Shown here: positions 60,620 to 64,000 of the stretch, piece by piece
How positions within the stretch are numbered: position 1 is the first letter of the stretch
Layout: the number at the start of each line of letters is the position of its first letter
Source: Mustelus asterias
Lineage: Eukaryota
Direction: 5' to 3'
NCBI RefSeq assembly: GCF_964213995.1
Contig: NC_135822.1
Coordinates: 51,770,001 to 51,834,000 of the forward strand
DNA length: 64,000 nt
The notes under the pieces: model-generated
What the model was told of the DNA's origin: nothing
Databases searched by the model: none
What the model saw: the letters and a program-made list of their open reading frames with translations, nothing else
Position numbers and translations under genes: made by a program

Positions 60620-62452
60620 AATATCCAACATTTTGCCGATTGGATAGGTAACTGGCTTTCTGATCGAAGACAGAGGGTGGTGGTGGATGGAAAATTTTCG
60701 GATTGGAGGCAGTTTGCTAGCGGAGTGCCGCAGGGATCAGTGCTTGGTCCTCTAATCTTTGTGATTTTTATTAATGACTTAGAGGAGGGAGCTGAAGGGT
60801 GGATCAGGAAATTTGCTGATGACACCAAGTTTGGTGGAGTAGTGGATGAGGTGGAGGGCTGTTGTAGGCTGCAAGGAGACATAGATAGTGAAGAAGGGAA
60901 AGGGTTAATGTTTTTTTTGTACTCAATGTATTTTGTACCTAAAAGGTTGAACATTGTACCTGGAATGCATCACAAACCTTGCGTTTCCTTGTGGCGAGTC
61001 ATCCCTTTTTTATATTGCTCCTGATAGTAGCATAAGCCATTTGTTCATGTCTTTCATCTTTTACTTTAGTATAAGCCATTTGTTCATGGTTCCCTCGCTT
61101 GTTTATATCATTCTGATAAAACAGACAGTTGAATATAGATTTTAGTCTTTCTTTCTTGTAGGCTTGTCTATTATTTAAACAGAGGAAGCAGCGACCAAAT
61201 GGTAGAGTGCGAGAATGGCCGTTTGAAGGAGGACTCCCACTGGGACAGTGGCACTCAGTCACTCAGTCACTTCAAAGGAAACGCTGCGGGAAGAGCAGGG
61301 GACCAGAGGTGACACCTTGACTGCAACGACCAGAAGAATTGTGCTTTATGACCCAAGGATACCAGATGGTCTCTAACCATGATCCAGAGACTATCAGAAG
61401 CTGTTAAAGGAACTATAATTTACGATCAAGGACTGTTAACTGGACTTTGCTTCATGACTTGTATTGGGAACCCTGATGTATAAATATCCATGGTTCTTGT
61501 GTTCAGTGAGAACTTTGGCTTCCGCTTTCAAGGGGTCAAGTTCTCCCATAAGCTTGTGAGAATAAAGTCTGACAGTATTTTTGACTCATACCAGCCTAGA
61601 GAGGTATATTTTCCGACTTCAGATAGGATGCAAAGCTGGACTGAAAAATGGCAAATGGAGTTTAACCCTGAAAAATGTGAGGTGATTCATTTTGGTAGGA
61701 CTAATTTAAATGTGGATTACAGGATCAAAGGTAGGGTTCTGAAGACTGTGGAGGAACAGAGCGATCTTGGGGTCCATATCCACAGACCTCTAAAGCTGGC
61801 CACTCAAGTGGATAGAGCTGTGAAGAAGGCCTATAGTGTGCTAACTTTTAATAACAGGGGGTTGGAGTTTAAGAGCCGTGGGGTTATGCTGCAACTGTAC
61901 AGGACCGTCGTGAGACCACATTTGGAATATTGTGTGCAGTTCTGGTCACCTCACTATAAGAAGGATGTGGAAGCGCTGGAAAGAGTGCAGAGGAGATTTA
62001 CCAGGATGCTGCCTGGTTTGGAGGGTAAGTCTTATGAGGAAAGGTTGAGGGAGCTAGGGCTGTTCTCTCTGGAGCGGAGGAGGCTGAGGGGAGACTTAAT
62101 AGAGGTTTATGAATGATGAGGGGGATAGATAGAGTGAACGTTCAAAGACTATTTCCTCGGGTGGATGGAGCTATTACAATGGGGCATAACTATACGGTTC
62201 ATGGTGGGAGATACAGGAAGGGTATCAGAGGTAGGTTCTTTGCGCAGAGAGTGGTTGGGGTGTGTAATGGACTGCCTGCAGTGATAGTGGAGTCAGACAC
62301 TTTAGGAACATTTATGCAGTTATTGGATAGCCACATGGAGCACACCAGGATGATAGGGAGTGGAATAGCTTGATCTTGGTTTCAGATAAAGCTCGGCACA
62401 ACATCGTGGGCTGAATGACCTGTTCTGTGCTGTACTGTCCTATGTTCTATGT
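60620..62452 (+). mobile_element. Young CR1 RT region split by a solo LTR
   Basis: ...KFADDTK...CCRLQGDID|R resumes as MQSWTEKWQMEF after 61621; (TTCTATG) tail. Confidence 0.95.
60889..61621 (+). mobile_element. Solo LTR (733 bp) of an LTR retrotransposon or endogenous retrovirus
   Basis: Termini TGAAG...CTTCA, TSD GATAG (60884-60888 and 61622-61626), TATAAA at 61479, AATAAA at 61561. Confidence 0.9.
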
Positions 62453-62504
62453 GGTTTCAGTCATTCGGAAATACATTGCAATGGCATATCCTTTAAATGG
62501 CTTC

Positions 62505-62740
62505 ACGGTGGCTCAATATTTAGCACTGCTGCCTCAGAGCACCAGGGGCCTGGGTTCAGGTTTCCACATTCGGTGACTGCATGGAGTCCTCCCGTGTCTA
62601 CGTGGGTATTCTCCATGTACTGCAGTTGGCTCGGACAGTCCAATGATGAGCATTTTATGAGGGCCGTGCTAAGCTGGCCCTTAGTGCCCAACGGTCTGTA
62701 AATTATGTGGGTTAGCCATGGTAAATACCTGAGTTTAGCA
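62505..62740 (+). mobile_element. HE1-like V-SINE (degraded)
   Basis: CACGGTGGCTCAATATTTAGCACTGCTGCCTCAGAGCACCAGGGG head and V-domain remnant. Confidence 0.75.
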
Positions 62741-64000
62741 GCGAGCCACATTCCATGCAATCAGATTTCCTGTAGCTTGATTTCAGGAGATAATTTCTGT
62801 CGCTGGATTTAACATTTCCTTTCCTGTTACCTCCGATTGTTTGCAGCTTGATTTCAAGTCTGCGGCAAACAACGATGTTTTATGTATCCAGCATTATAAA
62901 AAGCCGAACTAACCATCCATCTAACAGTTCATCTGAAATTTCCAGTCTCAGTATCAGTTTTAAGAGAGCTATATTCATCCCAAGATAGCGTGCGACGGCT
63001 GAAAGCGCAGAAAAATGAAAAAAAAACCCTCAACCCAATATTAACCGGGTTAACATTCTCCAGACATGTGCTCCAGCATTGGCTTTTTTTCCCTCCAGCA
63101 TGTGTGTGACACTACCATTGGACCGTTAACGTGCAACATTCCCAAGCTGTTTCGTCTTCAATCAACAGTGCTGACGGCCTAAATTTAATCATCAATAAAC
63201 AATTGAATGAAAATTGGACACATCTGGGAAATTAAGTTCAGCAACAAACATCTCATTAAGCATCAATCTGGACGGCACAAGAACCATTCGACACCAGACA
63301 TCAAAATAGACTCTGCGCCAATGTTGACAACACAACTGAATTCTAGAGGAGGGAGAAAAGTGACCGTCCTTAATATGAAGGCATTTTTCAGTATGTATTG
63401 TATAAAGAGCAATTGTGAGCACACACTCAGTTAGCGTCAAACAAGATGAGTGTATTTGTCACACGCATTTTAAAAAGCTCCAGCAAAAGGCTGCCTGATA
63501 CTTCAAACAGCATCCTAGAGCTATTGATTTTCAGCTGCTTCATCAATCCACTTCCATTCAATAAGGGACGGATGAATGGAAGGTTGATGATATGTGCACC
63601 ATTTTACAATCTGTTCATAAAACCTCAAACATAGAGCAGTGCTGTGTAGGTTAGACAAGAGACAGGCTTTCAGTGAGTTGGAGCTTTGGGAAGCAACACC
63701 CGGCAACGTGAGGCTATGAAAATCTTCAAGGAAAGAAAATGCAACAGGCGGCCCTGAATATGAAATTACCACAATTTCACCAAACCTTTAAGTTCCAACA
63801 TGGTTAGAAATAATCAAGAACCACTTCACCAGTAATATCCAGAGTCTCGCTTCGAGATACTGCCAGAAACGCGAATTCTTCAATTATGATCTGTTTTCTT
63901 CTCGTGTTACAGCGGATGGGAGTATCTTCGGCAATACGGTTGCACATCACTAATTGTCCTTTCAAAAAGTGCTGAAAACCAGGCTTCTGGAAACAAATGC

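Overview
Eukaryotic genomic DNA, very likely from a shark or other elasmobranch (HE1-type V-SINEs, many CR1/HER1-like LINEs, Penelope-like remnants, GPR139-like receptors); roughly half is retroelement-derived and there are two N gaps. The main gene is the 3' part of a + strand group-B SRCR type-I membrane receptor (CD163/WC1/SCART-like), rebuilt by hand from 13 phase-1 GT-AG exons (6262-25751): 7 SRCR domains, a P/S/T linker, a TM exon and four cytoplasmic exons carrying a YQTIYEEI tyrosine motif. Its start and signal peptide were not found in the window. Downstream lie a ~22-copy 73-bp tandem array with an internal palindrome, a tRNA-Pro(TGG)-like copy with an 18-nt insert at the canonical 37/38 intron site, two disrupted GPR139-like GPCRs, Penelope-like elements with decayed hammerhead-like motifs, a Tx1/L1 insertion with a 16-bp TSD whose empty site survives in an adjacent duplication, and a 733-bp solo LTR with a 5-bp TSD inside a young CR1. 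All calls are by eye; family names rest on recalled motifs, not database searches, and repeat boundaries are approximate.
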